A DNA stretch of 64,000 nucleotides from Planctomycetia bacterium (GCA_005772855.1 SXIK01000196.1:2100-66099), one strand, 5' to 3'. Counted from the stretch's first letter, positions 1 through 9,753 are shown. The notes: generated from the sequence alone by a model not told the origin. Numbers and translations are program-made.

Positions 1-2
1 AC

Positions 3-233
3 CACGAGGAGATCTCCTTCGACTTTAGTGGCCAGGTCAAGTTTGTCGGGCTTGAGTCGGCTGATTCGTTTCAGACAAGCCCGGACGACCTGCGCGCAGG
101 CTACTTGCAGGCTCTTCAGGCCTTTCTCGTTGAGCTGACGGAGACTGCGCAGCGCAACAGGGTCGAGCATGTCCTGGTCAACACTCGACGCGATCTCGCC
201 GAGGTGCTCGGGGACTACCTGTCGGGTAGGTGA
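3..233 (+). CDS. C-terminal part of a DUF58-family protein (5' end outside the window)
   Basis: My translation from base 3 gives HEEISFDFSGQVKFVGLES...DLRAGYLQAL...EHVLVNTRRDLAEVLGDYLSGR*, typical of DUF58 C-termini; TGA at 231-233. Confidence 0.75.
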   Translation, partial: HEEISFDFSGQVKFVGLESADSFQTSPDDLRAGYLQALQAFLVELTETAQRNRVEHVLVNTRRDLAEVLGDYLSGR

Positions 234-642
234 GGCCAAGCTCACTCCAGCAATTCCTGTGGCGAGCGCCACCTGACCCCTTTGGCGGCCTCCCTGCTTC
301 CTGCCCCGCGCACCTGTTGAAGATTCCAACAGGTTGCACGGATCTTTGATCTTGGAATCGCAGATGCCTTGCTGTCCAGCGGGTTCCACTTCGCGAAATT
401 GCCGAGCCAGCAGCCGCGAGGGCTGCCGCGCCTCTCTGGTGGAATACGATTTGCTCACCGATCCCACCTGTGAGTCGGAGCCCTGCTTTTTGAGCGGCTC
501 TCTGTGCCGCCACTGCGATATCCGACAAGGTCTGAATTTCAAGAGCCTCACCAGAATGCTTCGCCCTGCTGGCGGTTGGGCATGTCTCAACAGGGAATGA
601 TTCTTGGAAGGAGCTCCAGATTGGTAAGGACGGAGTGATCTT

Positions 643-3540
643 ATGACCATGCTGAGAGTGACGAGTTTGCTCGGAAATATCGCATCAACTTTCTTATTGG
701 CGATGTTAGTGACATCCTGCGGGTCAGGAGGGGGGGGTGGATCGAACAAGCCGGGAAAGCCAACAAAACCCCAGGAGCCGGGAATGTTCGGCGAGGTCTT
801 CCCGATGGTGCTGAATGCGGTCGTTCCTGCAAGTGACGTTGTGGTACCGGCGGGCGAGGTCGTGCGCTTTGCCGTGGAAGTGCGCAATGACGATGAAGCC
901 AGGCGGCTTGAATTTTCGTGGTGGCTCAACGGATCGAGCCTCGGTTCGAATGGGCCGGAGATAGAGGTGCTTACCGGGGAGCTGGAGGCGGGAACTCATA
1001 CGGTTTCAACACGAATTTCCGACGGGCACGCGGGAGCTGCCCTGTCGTGGAAGCTTCAGGTCTTGCCAGGCAAGACTGAGAATCGCCTGCCCGTGATTCT
1101 CCAGGTAGTCCCGCCTGGAGTTGTCAAGATTTCGCCTGGGTCGCTCCTTGACCTTGGCCTCGTGGCCACCGACATCGACGGCGTGGACGAGCTCGCGTAC
1201 TCATGGCTTGTTGACGGGATCCCGACGCCGACATCTGGCCCTCGCCTGCGAATGGATGGGGCCGACCTTGCGCCGGGGGAGCATGCCGTGAGAGTTTCGG
1301 TGAGTGATGGAAAAGAGCGTGTGGGCGATACGCCTGTTGAACAGGTCTGGCGAGTTTGGGTCGTCGAAGACGAGGTGACGCCGTTTCCAGTCATCACGGA
1401 TGCCTGGCCTCGGGGAAACCTTCGCCTGCCGCTAGAGACCGTTGTTCGATTCGAGGTGGAGACGTCGGATCCTGACAGCGCAGCAGAGGAGGGTTTCCGT
1501 TGGGAGGTCAACGGAAACGTCCAGGCCACCACGGGCGCTGTCTTCGATCTTGATACGACTTCCGACGAGAACGCTCTCTCGCCGGGCGCCTATCGAATCA
1601 CATGCTCTCTTGCGAACCCTGGCGCCGATGGTGACCTGGGTGTTGCCACGACGGGCTGGACCGTATACCTCGGGGACAGTTCCCTGGCTCTCGAGCCGAG
1701 TGCCGAAGATGACGGTGCGGAGAATGGACCGCCTGTTGCAGAAGCGGCCACTCCTGACGACCCAGACTTGACGATGTCTGCAGGTGAATCGCAGTCCTTC
1801 CGCATCGAGGCCAGGGATCCGGAGAGTGACATCTTGAGCTATACCTGGCTTGTGAACGGAGTCCTCCAGAAGGCGGATGGTCCTGCTTTCACGATCGCGA
1901 CTTCGCCAGATGCTGGGCTCGCGACTCCCATCAAGGTTGAGGTCTTTGCAAGCGATGGCCATCTGCGACCCGATGACGGTGAGCTGTCCTTCGGCTCGAG
2001 ACTTGGTGAATGGCATATCGGATTGGAATCGCCTCTCGCCCGGGTCCTTGGCCTGGTCTCGGGATCGCTGGTGCTCGATAACGGAAGCTCTGGAACCACC
2101 GAATCTGGAACGTGGCTTACCTCGGGCGCAGCAGGGGCTTATGGGGCCGATTCGAAGTACTCGAAGTCTGCCGGAGCGACTTATGCCTATGATTTCAAGG
2201 TGCCTTTAGCGGGGAAGTACGATGTGTTGCTCTGGTGGACCAGCGCGCCGAGTCGGTCGCAGGCGGTTCCTGTCGCTGTGAGACACAGGAGCGGTACGTC
2301 GACAATTAACGTGGACCAGCGCACCCGGGACGCGCGTTGGAACAAGCTGGGCTCCTTCGACTTCGACGGGAGCGCCAGGGTGACCCTGACTGCAAAGGGA
2401 GATGGACTCTCGACCTGTGCAGACGCGGTTTGCCTCAGCCCAGTGCTTGCATCCAATCCGCCGGGGCTGCAGCAGCCGTCAGGCGTGAGTTTCGTGATCG
2501 ATGACGGAGAGCCAGGAACGTCGGCCCAGGGGACCTGGTCAGTGTCCTCGGCCCCGAATCCCCATGGAGGCAGGTCTCTCTACGCGAAGGGCTCGGGAAG
2601 CTATACGTTCAGGAGGTCCCTCGAAGCGCCCGGTCGCTATGACGTTTTCACCTGGTGGACGGAGGTTCCAACCCGAGAGCTTTCGGTGCCGTACAAGATT
2701 GTGCATACAGCCGGGACCGCGACAGTGAAAGTAGATCAACGGCAGGGTGGTGGAAAGTGGAACCTGCTTGGCCGCTACGATTTTGGTGCACGAGTCGAGG
2801 TGATGGTGACGGTTTCCGGCGCGGCCTCTGTGAGTGCAGATGCCGTTCGATTCGTTCCTGCCTCGATCGGCTCACCTCCTGCGTCACCGGGAGAAATCGT
2901 GATCGAGGATGGTGCGTCTGGCACGACCTCCACCGGGACATGGTTAGACTCGAGTGCTCCGGGCGCTCATGGGGGCGGCTCAATTTATGCCAAGGGCTTC
3001 GGTTCGTACACCTTCACGGCGACCCTCCGCAGTGCAGGAGTCCACGGTGCTTACCTCTGGTATACGCAGTGGCCCTCGCGGGAGTCCTCGGTCCCCTGTG
3101 AGGTGCGCCACTCGGCCGGGACCACTGTCCTCCAGATCGACCAGCGGTCGGGAGGCGGGCAGTGGAAGCATCTGGGAGATTTCAACTTCGGCGCAATGGC
3201 TAGCATCACGTTGCGTGTGGTGGACGCCGACACGGTTTCCGCAGACGCAATTCGGCTCGTGCCGCGGTCCTCTGGTGCGCCGGCGGCTGAGAAGCTGGTT
3301 ATTGCGTGGCAGGCGCCGAACGTAAACGCCGACGGGACTCCCCTTCGAGATCTTGCCGGCTTCCGCGTGTATGTCGCCTCTGGTGGCGGGAAAATGGTCC
3401 TCCTTGAGGACGTAGGTTTCAACACCAGTTACTCGGTGAATTCCTTGGCGCCTGGAAAATATGCCTTCGCTGTGACAGCCTACGATTTTCAGAGAAATGA
3501 GAGCAAATTTACCCCCGCTCTCATGGGAAGTGTACCTTGA
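643..3540 (+). CDS. Large lipoprotein: 4 Ig/PKD-like repeats, 3 golvesin/xanthan-lyase-C-like carbohydrate-binding repeats, C-terminal FN3
   Basis: Lipobox LVTSC plus Gly linker; repeated 'L.Y.W.VNG' Ig motifs; three 'ID(D/N)G..GT...GTW..S.A....G...Y' to 'ADAVRF' repeats; FN3-like 'AWQAP..NADGTPLRDLAGFRVY...AVTAYD...NES'. Confidence 0.75.
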   Translation: MTMLRVTSLLGNIASTFLLAMLVTSCGSGGGGGSNKPGKPTKPQEPGMFGEVFPMVLNAVVPASDVVVPAGEVVRFAVEVRNDDEARRLEFSWWLNGSSLGSNGPEIEVLTGELEAGTHTVSTRISDGHAGAALSWKLQVLPGKTENRLPVILQVVPPGVVKISPGSLLDLGLVATDIDGVDELAYSWLVDGIPTPTSGPRLRMDGADLAPGEHAVRVSVSDGKERVGDTPVEQVWRVWVVEDEVTPFPVITDAWPRGNLRLPLETVVRFEVETSDPDSAAEEGFRWEVNGNVQATTGAVFDLDTTSDENALSPGAYRITCSLANPGADGDLGVATTGWTVYLGDSSLALEPSAEDDGAENGPPVAEAATPDDPDLTMSAGESQSFRIEARDPESDILSYTWLVNGVLQKADGPAFTIATSPDAGLATPIKVEVFASDGHLRPDDGELSFGSRLGEWHIGLESPLARVLGLVSGSLVLDNGSSGTTESGTWLTSGAAGAYGADSKYSKSAGATYAYDFKVPLAGKYDVLLWWTSAPSRSQAVPVAVRHRSGTSTINVDQRTRDARWNKLGSFDFDGSARVTLTAKGDGLSTCADAVCLSPVLASNPPGLQQPSGVSFVIDDGEPGTSAQGTWSVSSAPNPHGGRSLYAKGSGSYTFRRSLEAPGRYDVFTWWTEVPTRELSVPYKIVHTAGTATVKVDQRQGGGKWNLLGRYDFGARVEVMVTVSGAASVSADAVRFVPASIGSPPASPGEIVIEDGASGTTSTGTWLDSSAPGAHGGGSIYAKGFGSYTFTATLRSAGVHGAYLWYTQWPSRESSVPCEVRHSAGTTVLQIDQRSGGGQWKHLGDFNFGAMASITLRVVDADTVSADAIRLVPRSSGAPAAEKLVIAWQAPNVNADGTPLRDLAGFRVYVASGGGKMVLLEDVGFNTSYSVNSLAPGKYAFAVTAYDFQRNESKFTPALMGSVP

Positions 3541-4180
3541 GAAAAACCAACCGGTTCGTCACTTTTTTGAACTGGGAAGACTCAAGGAGTGCCGTCAGTC
3601 ACGCCGAGCATGACTGACTTCGCGTTGGACCGACCCCGGGATATCCCAGGAGCTCCGGGTCCATCACTTCCCTGCTGTCTCCGGCAGCAAGAAAGCTTGA
3701 GGCTATTGAGGAACCAGCGAAAGCTCTCGGGTCCTTTGCCCCGAGGGCTTCGAAGGCTTCGGGCGCTTCCTGCCGGATCTCCCCTCGGCTCCCATCGGGG
3801 GCAGGCGAATCCTCACGCGGTAGAGGGGCCGCGTCCTTGAGTGTGTGTGCGGACCGCGCCACCGTCGTGTAGCCACGAGCTGCAGTTTCGGATGCCCCGG
3901 AGAGCTGCCGAAAGGAATACGTCTGCGGTAGAGCGCCCGCACTTCCCGTGATCTCGAGCTGCCCTCCGTTCGACTCCTTGACTGGCGGTTACAATCAAGA
4001 AACTGGGTGGGCAAGCGTAGTTTCGCGAGGCGTGGGGTGGCCGATCCGCCTCTCGGGTACAATGCAAGAAATGTTTGCGCAGTTACCATTGCGCAGCAAC
4101 GCTGGAATCAAATGCAAGGCCTGACGCACGACAGCCATCTCGGGTGGGATCGCGGGGAAGGTAATCCAGGGAGACACGCC

Positions 4181-4720
4181 ATGAGACCGAAACCAACTCT
4201 GATCACTCTTTCGATTCTGGTCGCGGTGCTTCTTGTCTGGGTCCAGGGGGAGGACCAGCCGCAAGCGGCTGCGAGGGTGGATGAGTCGAAGAAGGAGTCT
4301 GGCTCCGAGCTGAACCCGCTCGAGAAGAAGTTCAAGGAGACGCTCACCAACGCAGTCTTTGTGGGCAAGTGGCGTCTCGTTGAGAAGGGCCAGCTTGGGG
4401 ACGAGTCGGACGACAAATATACGATCGCCGGAGCCACGAAATATGGGGACGACCAGTGGGTCCTTGCGGCGAAGATCGAGTATGGGGGCAAGAGCGTCAC
4501 CTTCCCGGTTCCCGTGAAAGTCTTGTGGGCAGGGGACACCCCCGTGATCTCGATCACGAACGTTGGAATCCCGGGACTGGGCACGTTTACCGCGAGAGTC
4601 CTGGTCTACGACAGTTACTACACGGGCACCTGGTCTGGCTCCGGACATGCAGGGTTCCTGAGCGGAACCGTGAGTAGGGCCACGCTATCGGACGAGAAGA
4701 AGAAGCCAGAGGCCAAGTAG
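4181..4720 (+). CDS. Secreted/membrane-anchored hypothetical protein
   Basis: ATG at 4181 after GGGAGA; N-terminal hydrophobic helix; beta-rich body (PVPVKVLWAGDTPVISIT...YTGTW); the ORF-track extension to 4007 looks non-coding. Confidence 0.7.
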   Translation: MRPKPTLITLSILVAVLLVWVQGEDQPQAAARVDESKKESGSELNPLEKKFKETLTNAVFVGKWRLVEKGQLGDESDDKYTIAGATKYGDDQWVLAAKIEYGGKSVTFPVPVKVLWAGDTPVISITNVGIPGLGTFTARVLVYDSYYTGTWSGSGHAGFLSGTVSRATLSDEKKKPEAK

Positions 4721-4806
4721 CCGGAGAGGCTCAGGCCTGCGCGGGGAACAAAATCCTCTGGCTATCAGGTCCCGCGAAGCCCGGGCGGGGATAGTTGACC
4801 GGGCCA

Positions 4807-5907
4807 TCACGGCGTCATGTCTTGCAGCACGTTCCTGCCGTCTCCAATTCGCAAGAAATCATAGTAGGCGGTATGTGCAGCAGTCCGTGGGTACGCGTAC
4901 TTCTTGATTGCGGAGGGCCAGTACATGCCCAGGTTAAAATAGGGTCCCTCCGCGTCGTTGTAGCAATTGGGGTGGTTGTCCTGGTCGATGATCTTCTTGC
5001 CGTCCTTCCAGACTTCAAGGAATCCATCCGATCGGTAGCTCCACTTCATGTGGAACACAAAGCTCATCCATTTCCCACGTTCTAGCTTGCCCCGCCAAAT
5101 ATCAGCCCGGTTCTCATTTGCTGTTTGAATGCGCCGAGTCGACCACAACTGCCGGATCCTCAGCTCGGATCCGAGTGCAATGATGGTAAGGTTCGGATTT
5201 CGCCCGATGCCCGTTTCCCCAGGATCCTCGGTCCCGTGCCACTGCGCCAGGTGAACCTTGTTCACGTCGTACCACCAGGACGTGGGGATGTAGATAGCAA
5301 ACGCATACCAGCGCTCTGACCCTATGGGGTCCTTCTTGAAAATTTTCGAAGTGCGTCCTGGTTCCCAGAGAGAGACCTCGGTTCGGATGCGCCCATTCGC
5401 ATCTCTCGGCTGGCTGACGCCGCAGCGCATCATGAGCCCCTTCCTGGCAGCCATTGTTTGCACCTCGATCGAGCCTGCCGGCGCGGCGTAAAGATATTTC
5501 CCGGGACCGCTCGGCGGTAGCCGATCGAAGTTATCCTGCCACAAGAGACTCGCGCCGCCCCCGCCGCCCTCGGCCTCCCCCGGGAAACCCTCTGTTTGAA
5601 GAGCCGAGCAAGGATTGGGATCGTCCTGTGAAAAAGGTGCCAATTCCTCGCCATCCAGGAAGATTTGCTGAGAAACCCGGATTGCATCTGCTATGTCCAG
5701 CCTTCCGTCAATGTTCGCGTCGGCGGCGGCGAGGCAGGAGATAGGCTCTGGGCCGTAGAGCGAATCGAGAATGCCCATGACATCCGCGACATCCACAAGT
5801 CCATCCTGGTTCACATCTCCCCTGCGATCCGGCTGTGCCAGGAGCATCGAGGAGCAAGAAAGAACAACACCGAAGAGCAGTCCCAGGGTGCGGTGTATCA
5901 TAATCAT
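4807..5907 (-). CDS. Secreted dockerin-like domain plus polysaccharide lyase (heparin lyase I-like, PF14099-type)
   Basis: Signal peptide; RGDVNQDGLVDVAD and AADANIDGRLDIAD repeats; RTEV, WYAFAIYIP, QWH, GKWMSFVFHMKWS..DGFLEVWKDG and PYFNLGMY motifs. Confidence 0.75.
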   Translation of the reverse strand: MIMIHRTLGLLFGVVLSCSSMLLAQPDRRGDVNQDGLVDVADVMGILDSLYGPEPISCLAAADANIDGRLDIADAIRVSQQIFLDGEELAPFSQDDPNPCSALQTEGFPGEAEGGGGGASLLWQDNFDRLPPSGPGKYLYAAPAGSIEVQTMAARKGLMMRCGVSQPRDANGRIRTEVSLWEPGRTSKIFKKDPIGSERWYAFAIYIPTSWWYDVNKVHLAQWHGTEDPGETGIGRNPNLTIIALGSELRIRQLWSTRRIQTANENRADIWRGKLERGKWMSFVFHMKWSYRSDGFLEVWKDGKKIIDQDNHPNCYNDAEGPYFNLGMYWPSAIKKYAYPRTAAHTAYYDFLRIGDGRNVLQDMTP

Positions 5908-6345
5908 AAAAACTCTCCAAAAATAAAACAGTGATAGCTAGACAAGAACAAACTAATAAGAGAGCCACTGGCTTGATGGCTTTGAAAGTAAACCGGTCCA
6001 GCCAGCGAACCCAATCCGCGGATCCTTGTTCAGCGCACGTTCGTCGACACCCTGTGAGCTTTGCCGTTGGGTGGGCTTTGCCGTTGGCGGATTTCTATCT
6101 ACCAACGGGGTGGTGACACGTTGCTTGAAGGGAGCCCGCGGAGGAGAACTTTATTTGTTCTCGTCCAGCTCTCGAACCCGAATCTCGTTTTCAGAATTGC
6201 TTGCGCCGCGCCCTGCGCGAAAAGGCGGTATCTTCCTCATTTCACTTCCCACGGCAAGCAAAAAAGGCTTTATTCTTAGAGAATTTCGTGTTTGGCGAAC
6301 GGAGAAAATAAGAAGTGTTTGAGAAGCCAGCAACTCGGCAGGTTT

Positions 6346-6894
6346 TTAGAGCTTTCCGTCCACGCCTAGCCGGTGGAAGTAATGATCGACTTCGTTCTGG
6401 TGCTCGAGCAGCCAGTTGATCGTCGGTTCCCCGGCCATCGCCTTTTGGATGACTTTCACGGTAGCTTCCCGATGGATTCGGAAGAGAGCATCGTGGTCGA
6501 CTTTTTCCTCCTGAAGCACGCCCGGGTCTAGCCATACCGAGTAGATAATTCCTAGATCGCTAGATTTTTCTTTCGGGATATAACCAGCACGCACCGCATC
6601 AAGTACACCATTGGCAATGGCCGCCTGCACGGTGCCCATGAGAATGTTTGTGTAGCGAGCATCGCGCACGGTGACCTTGCTCACCATCAGCGTTGCCGGC
6701 CTGACCTGAACATCGCTGTTCAAGATGGCGAAGACACGGGTATGTCCCTTCACCTGATTGCCCAGAAGGGTCGCGAGGGCTTGACCCACTGGCCCGTCCA
6801 GCTCGCCGATCACGATTTCCGGCTCAGCGCAAAGGTAGCTGGCGTCTCCTTCGACGAGCGCCTCGCCGGTTCGTAGTACGATTCTCTGGTTCAT
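6346..6894 (-). CDS. fae: Formaldehyde-activating enzyme family protein (divergent Fae homolog)
   Basis: GEALV, GPVGQA.A..L.NQ..GHT, VRPATLMVSKVTV and GTVQAAIANGVLDAV..G.IPKEK are Fae-family motifs. Confidence 0.85.
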   Translation of the reverse strand: MNQRIVLRTGEALVEGDASYLCAEPEIVIGELDGPVGQALATLLGNQVKGHTRVFAILNSDVQVRPATLMVSKVTVRDARYTNILMGTVQAAIANGVLDAVRAGYIPKEKSSDLGIIYSVWLDPGVLQEEKVDHDALFRIHREATVKVIQKAMAGEPTINWLLEHQNEVDHYFHRLGVDGKL

Positions 6895-7143
6895 GACGGT
6901 CCTTCTTGGCTTTACTGTGGAAACGAACCCTGGGAATGGGACATGGCCGCCGATTATGGTGGGGACCTGGGGCAGGGTGCAAGGCCGAGAGCCTGAGCTT
7001 ACTGACCCACCCAGGGATATCCTGGCCTGGACCGTCGCTGCTGCGCCTGGAGGCGAGTAGTGATATCATACTTTTTCTCCCCGCAGGCCTGAGGATTTCG
7101 TTTGTTAGCTTGAGCGGGACGGCAATGTTCAGATGTAAAACCC

Positions 7144-8577
7144 ATGCGAATACCAACACTTGGACTCTTTTGTGCGTCGGTGGTCTTCCTCACGGGCGAG
7201 TCTCGCGGGGCTGAGAAGCCGCTCTCGAGCCTCATCGATCTTGCTCCTGGCCAGATAGGTCTCTACGAGGGCAAGACCCTGATCTCACAGACCCTGGGTT
7301 TGAGCGCCCCGAGCACAACGGAGTGGACATCATCGCTGAGCTACCTTGTATTGTCCGGTGACAAGCCGGGCGATCGACGCCTCCTACTCCTGCGCAGTGT
7401 GACGCCGCAGGCGAACGGTCTGCCAATGCCGCCCTACAGCCACACGGGCTTTTTTTGGCTCAAGAACAGTCTCGACTTGACCCCGCTCGAGGAGACGCCG
7501 CCGTCTCCCCAGCTTCAAGTGCTGGATCGGCACGTTCCGCCGTCGTTGTTGCCACTGTTTACGCTTCCCGACGGCGCCGATGTCGTTCGCGAGGAGTCTG
7601 TGAGGCTGACCGGGGCCTTCGTGGTGCTCCCGCTGAAGGTGAGCGTCGATCGCAAGGGGAAGATTGCTACGGTGACGCGTACGCTGGCGCCGGGATCGGC
7701 TCCCACGGTGGATCTGGACGGTGCCAACTGTGTTGTACAGAACTGGCAGGAAGTGTACGTGATCGATACCGAGAAGAGAGCGCTCACCGAGATGCATCGT
7801 GAACTCAAGGCGTCGGGCAAGCGGGGAGAGCATGCGCTCAGCTACTCGCAGAAGGTTGAGCTCTCGGCCAGGGAAGTGCGGGCCCTTCAAGGGGCCGAGG
7901 CGAAGTTCGCGACAGAGGTGGACAGAGAAGTCGCTGGTATCTTCAGAGACTTCGCGGAGAAAAAGCACCCGCGGGACGTCTACCAGCGCATCCAGGTGTT
8001 CGTCGATGGGCCTCAGGCGAAGCTCCTTCCAGGCCTCGAGGATTCGCTCCTCAGCCGCCTTTCGCAGTACCGCCAAGCCCGCGACCAGGATGCTCGCGGG
8101 GCGGCGCAGGCCGCAGCGGTTTATGACGCTCCGGACTTCTCCCTCGAGAATCTGGAGGGCAAGATGGTTCCTTTCCGCGAGGCGACAAGGGGCAAGGTCG
8201 TGCTCTTGAGCTTCTGGGGCTATGGCTGCGGACCCTGTCGCGTCGAGGCCCCTTACCTTAGCAAGCTGCAGGAAAAGTACGGTGACAAGGGCTTCACTGT
8301 GTTTGCGGTCAACGGGTACGACGAAAACAAGGAGACGGTGCAGGGTTTCGTAAGCCAGCAGAACCTGAAGCAGCCGGTTTTTCTCATGGGTAGGACCGTT
8401 GCGAGGGAGAAATACAAGGTCAACGGCTTCCCCACCAACTATTGGATTGACCACCACGGCAAGGTTGTCCACAAGGAAGTTGGCTTCTCGCCGGATCATT
8501 TCCCGGCGATGGAAGCTCGAGTGAAGAAGCTTCTCCAGGGCGCAGTTGCGGCAGCGATCGAGTCCGTGGGGAAATAG
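7144..8577 (+). CDS. Secreted TlpA/ResA-family thiol-disulfide oxidoreductase with a large N-terminal domain
   Basis: Signal peptide; C-terminal APDFSL, GKVVLLSFWGYGCGPC and cis-Pro GFPT. Confidence 0.85.
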   Translation: MRIPTLGLFCASVVFLTGESRGAEKPLSSLIDLAPGQIGLYEGKTLISQTLGLSAPSTTEWTSSLSYLVLSGDKPGDRRLLLLRSVTPQANGLPMPPYSHTGFFWLKNSLDLTPLEETPPSPQLQVLDRHVPPSLLPLFTLPDGADVVREESVRLTGAFVVLPLKVSVDRKGKIATVTRTLAPGSAPTVDLDGANCVVQNWQEVYVIDTEKRALTEMHRELKASGKRGEHALSYSQKVELSAREVRALQGAEAKFATEVDREVAGIFRDFAEKKHPRDVYQRIQVFVDGPQAKLLPGLEDSLLSRLSQYRQARDQDARGAAQAAAVYDAPDFSLENLEGKMVPFREATRGKVVLLSFWGYGCGPCRVEAPYLSKLQEKYGDKGFTVFAVNGYDENKETVQGFVSQQNLKQPVFLMGRTVAREKYKVNGFPTNYWIDHHGKVVHKEVGFSPDHFPAMEARVKKLLQGAVAAAIESVGK

Positions 8578-8679
8578 CTCTGGCCGTAGTGGAGATGCAG
8601 TCACCGGGACTTCGAGCTGCGCGAAGGACAAAAGAGCAGAAGAGGGCGGTCTGGCGCAGCCACAGCCTCCCTCGAATCT

Positions 8680-8782
8680 TACTCCTCGCGAGGGATGAAG
8701 ACCTCCCCGCGCACCGGCCGCCTCCGGCGCCGATGGTGAGGGAGCGTTGGCCAGGATGTCCCCATCATGGCCGCGCGGAGTA
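8680..8782 (+). mobile_element. MITE-like repeat, 103-bp short form (copy 1)
   Basis: Imperfect terminal inverted repeats TACTCCTCGCG...CGCGCGGAGTA with TA ends; aligns by eye with 49337-49439, 37595-37742 and 9801-9910. Confidence 0.75.
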
Positions 8783-8943
8783 TCACCAGCTGACCGGAGG
8801 TGAGCACGGGGCCACAGTAGGATCTTGCGGAGGACGCTTGGCCCCTGTGCCCCATGTCCGACATGGCCTGCCGCTCAGTGGTCACCCGAGCAGGTCTCTC
8901 GGCGGGGCGGTCTGTTCCTTGCGGTCGGAATCCCCCGACCCAG

Positions 8944-9753
8944 TTACGAGGCCGTTCCAAGCGCAGCGCGAAGCTTTTCGAGGCGCACGCTCGTTGGCGG
9001 ATGGGACTTGAAGTACTGAGATAGCTCGGTGAGTGGGACGCGGCCGTCGGGGCAGATCTCCGCGAGACGCTGGAGGAGGGCTATGATTCCGTGCGGATCG
9101 AAGCCGGCGATCCGGGCAAGGCGCGCGCCGTAGAGATCAGCCTCGAGCTCCTGGTCCTGGCGGTAGCCCTGCACGATGAGCTCCTGCATGCCGCCCGCGA
9201 GGCGGCCGAGAATTGCGCCGCGGCCGAGTGTCAGGACCTGGAAGCCCGTGCGCGCCGCCGTCCTGGCTGCGAGGCTCCGGATTGCGTGGCGCTGATCGAT
9301 GTGGACGACCTCGTGGCCGAGCACGCAGGCGAGCGCGTTGACATCGCCCTGGCACAGCTCGACGAGAGGCCTCGTCACGAAGACCGAGCCGCCCGGGACG
9401 GCGAAGGCGTTGGGTTCCTTCGCCTCGACCACGGTGAAACGATAGGGGATCTGCCGCCGAAGCGTATGCTCGGCGATGCGGGCGCCGATTGCGCGGACAT
9501 GCTCCTGCATCGCCGGATCGCTCGCGACGGGGTTCTCGGCGAGCACACGCATGGCGACGAGCTCTCCGGCCTTTACCTCGTACTTTGCGAGTGGGCTCTG
9601 GTCGATCTCCTCGCCCGTTGCGAGCTCCCTCCCCATGCGGCCGATATCGCCCACTTGCCGCCCGGCCTTGCGGAAGAGCCTGGGCAGGCTTCGCGGGAAA
9701 AGTAGTGCCAGCACAACGAGAAGGACGAGTATGGGGAGCAGCCAGGCTTTCAT
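8944..9753 (-). CDS. M48-family Zn metallopeptidase (BepA/HtpX-like) with an N-terminal membrane anchor
   Basis: PNAFAVPGG, LGHEVVH, QELEADLYG and SHP motifs; start MKAWLL at 9753 (the upstream ORF extension is repeat-derived). Confidence 0.88.
   Translation of the reverse strand: MKAWLLPILVLLVVLALLFPRSLPRLFRKAGRQVGDIGRMGRELATGEEIDQSPLAKYEVKAGELVAMRVLAENPVASDPAMQEHVRAIGARIAEHTLRRQIPYRFTVVEAKEPNAFAVPGGSVFVTRPLVELCQGDVNALACVLGHEVVHIDQRHAIRSLAARTAARTGFQVLTLGRGAILGRLAGGMQELIVQGYRQDQELEADLYGARLARIAGFDPHGIIALLQRLAEICPDGRVPLTELSQYFKSHPPTSVRLEKLRAALGTAS

Noticed and set aside
334-600. Cys-rich 88-aa ORF
   Set aside because: TTG start without an RBS, no motif; likely a chance intergenic ORF
3594-3618. 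GTCAGTCA-N9-TGACTGAC hairpin as a terminator
   Set aside because: Only two T's follow; too weak to call
3925-3980. tRNA-like GGTAGAGC and GTTCGACTCC motifs
   Set aside because: The anticodon, T and acceptor stems do not pair
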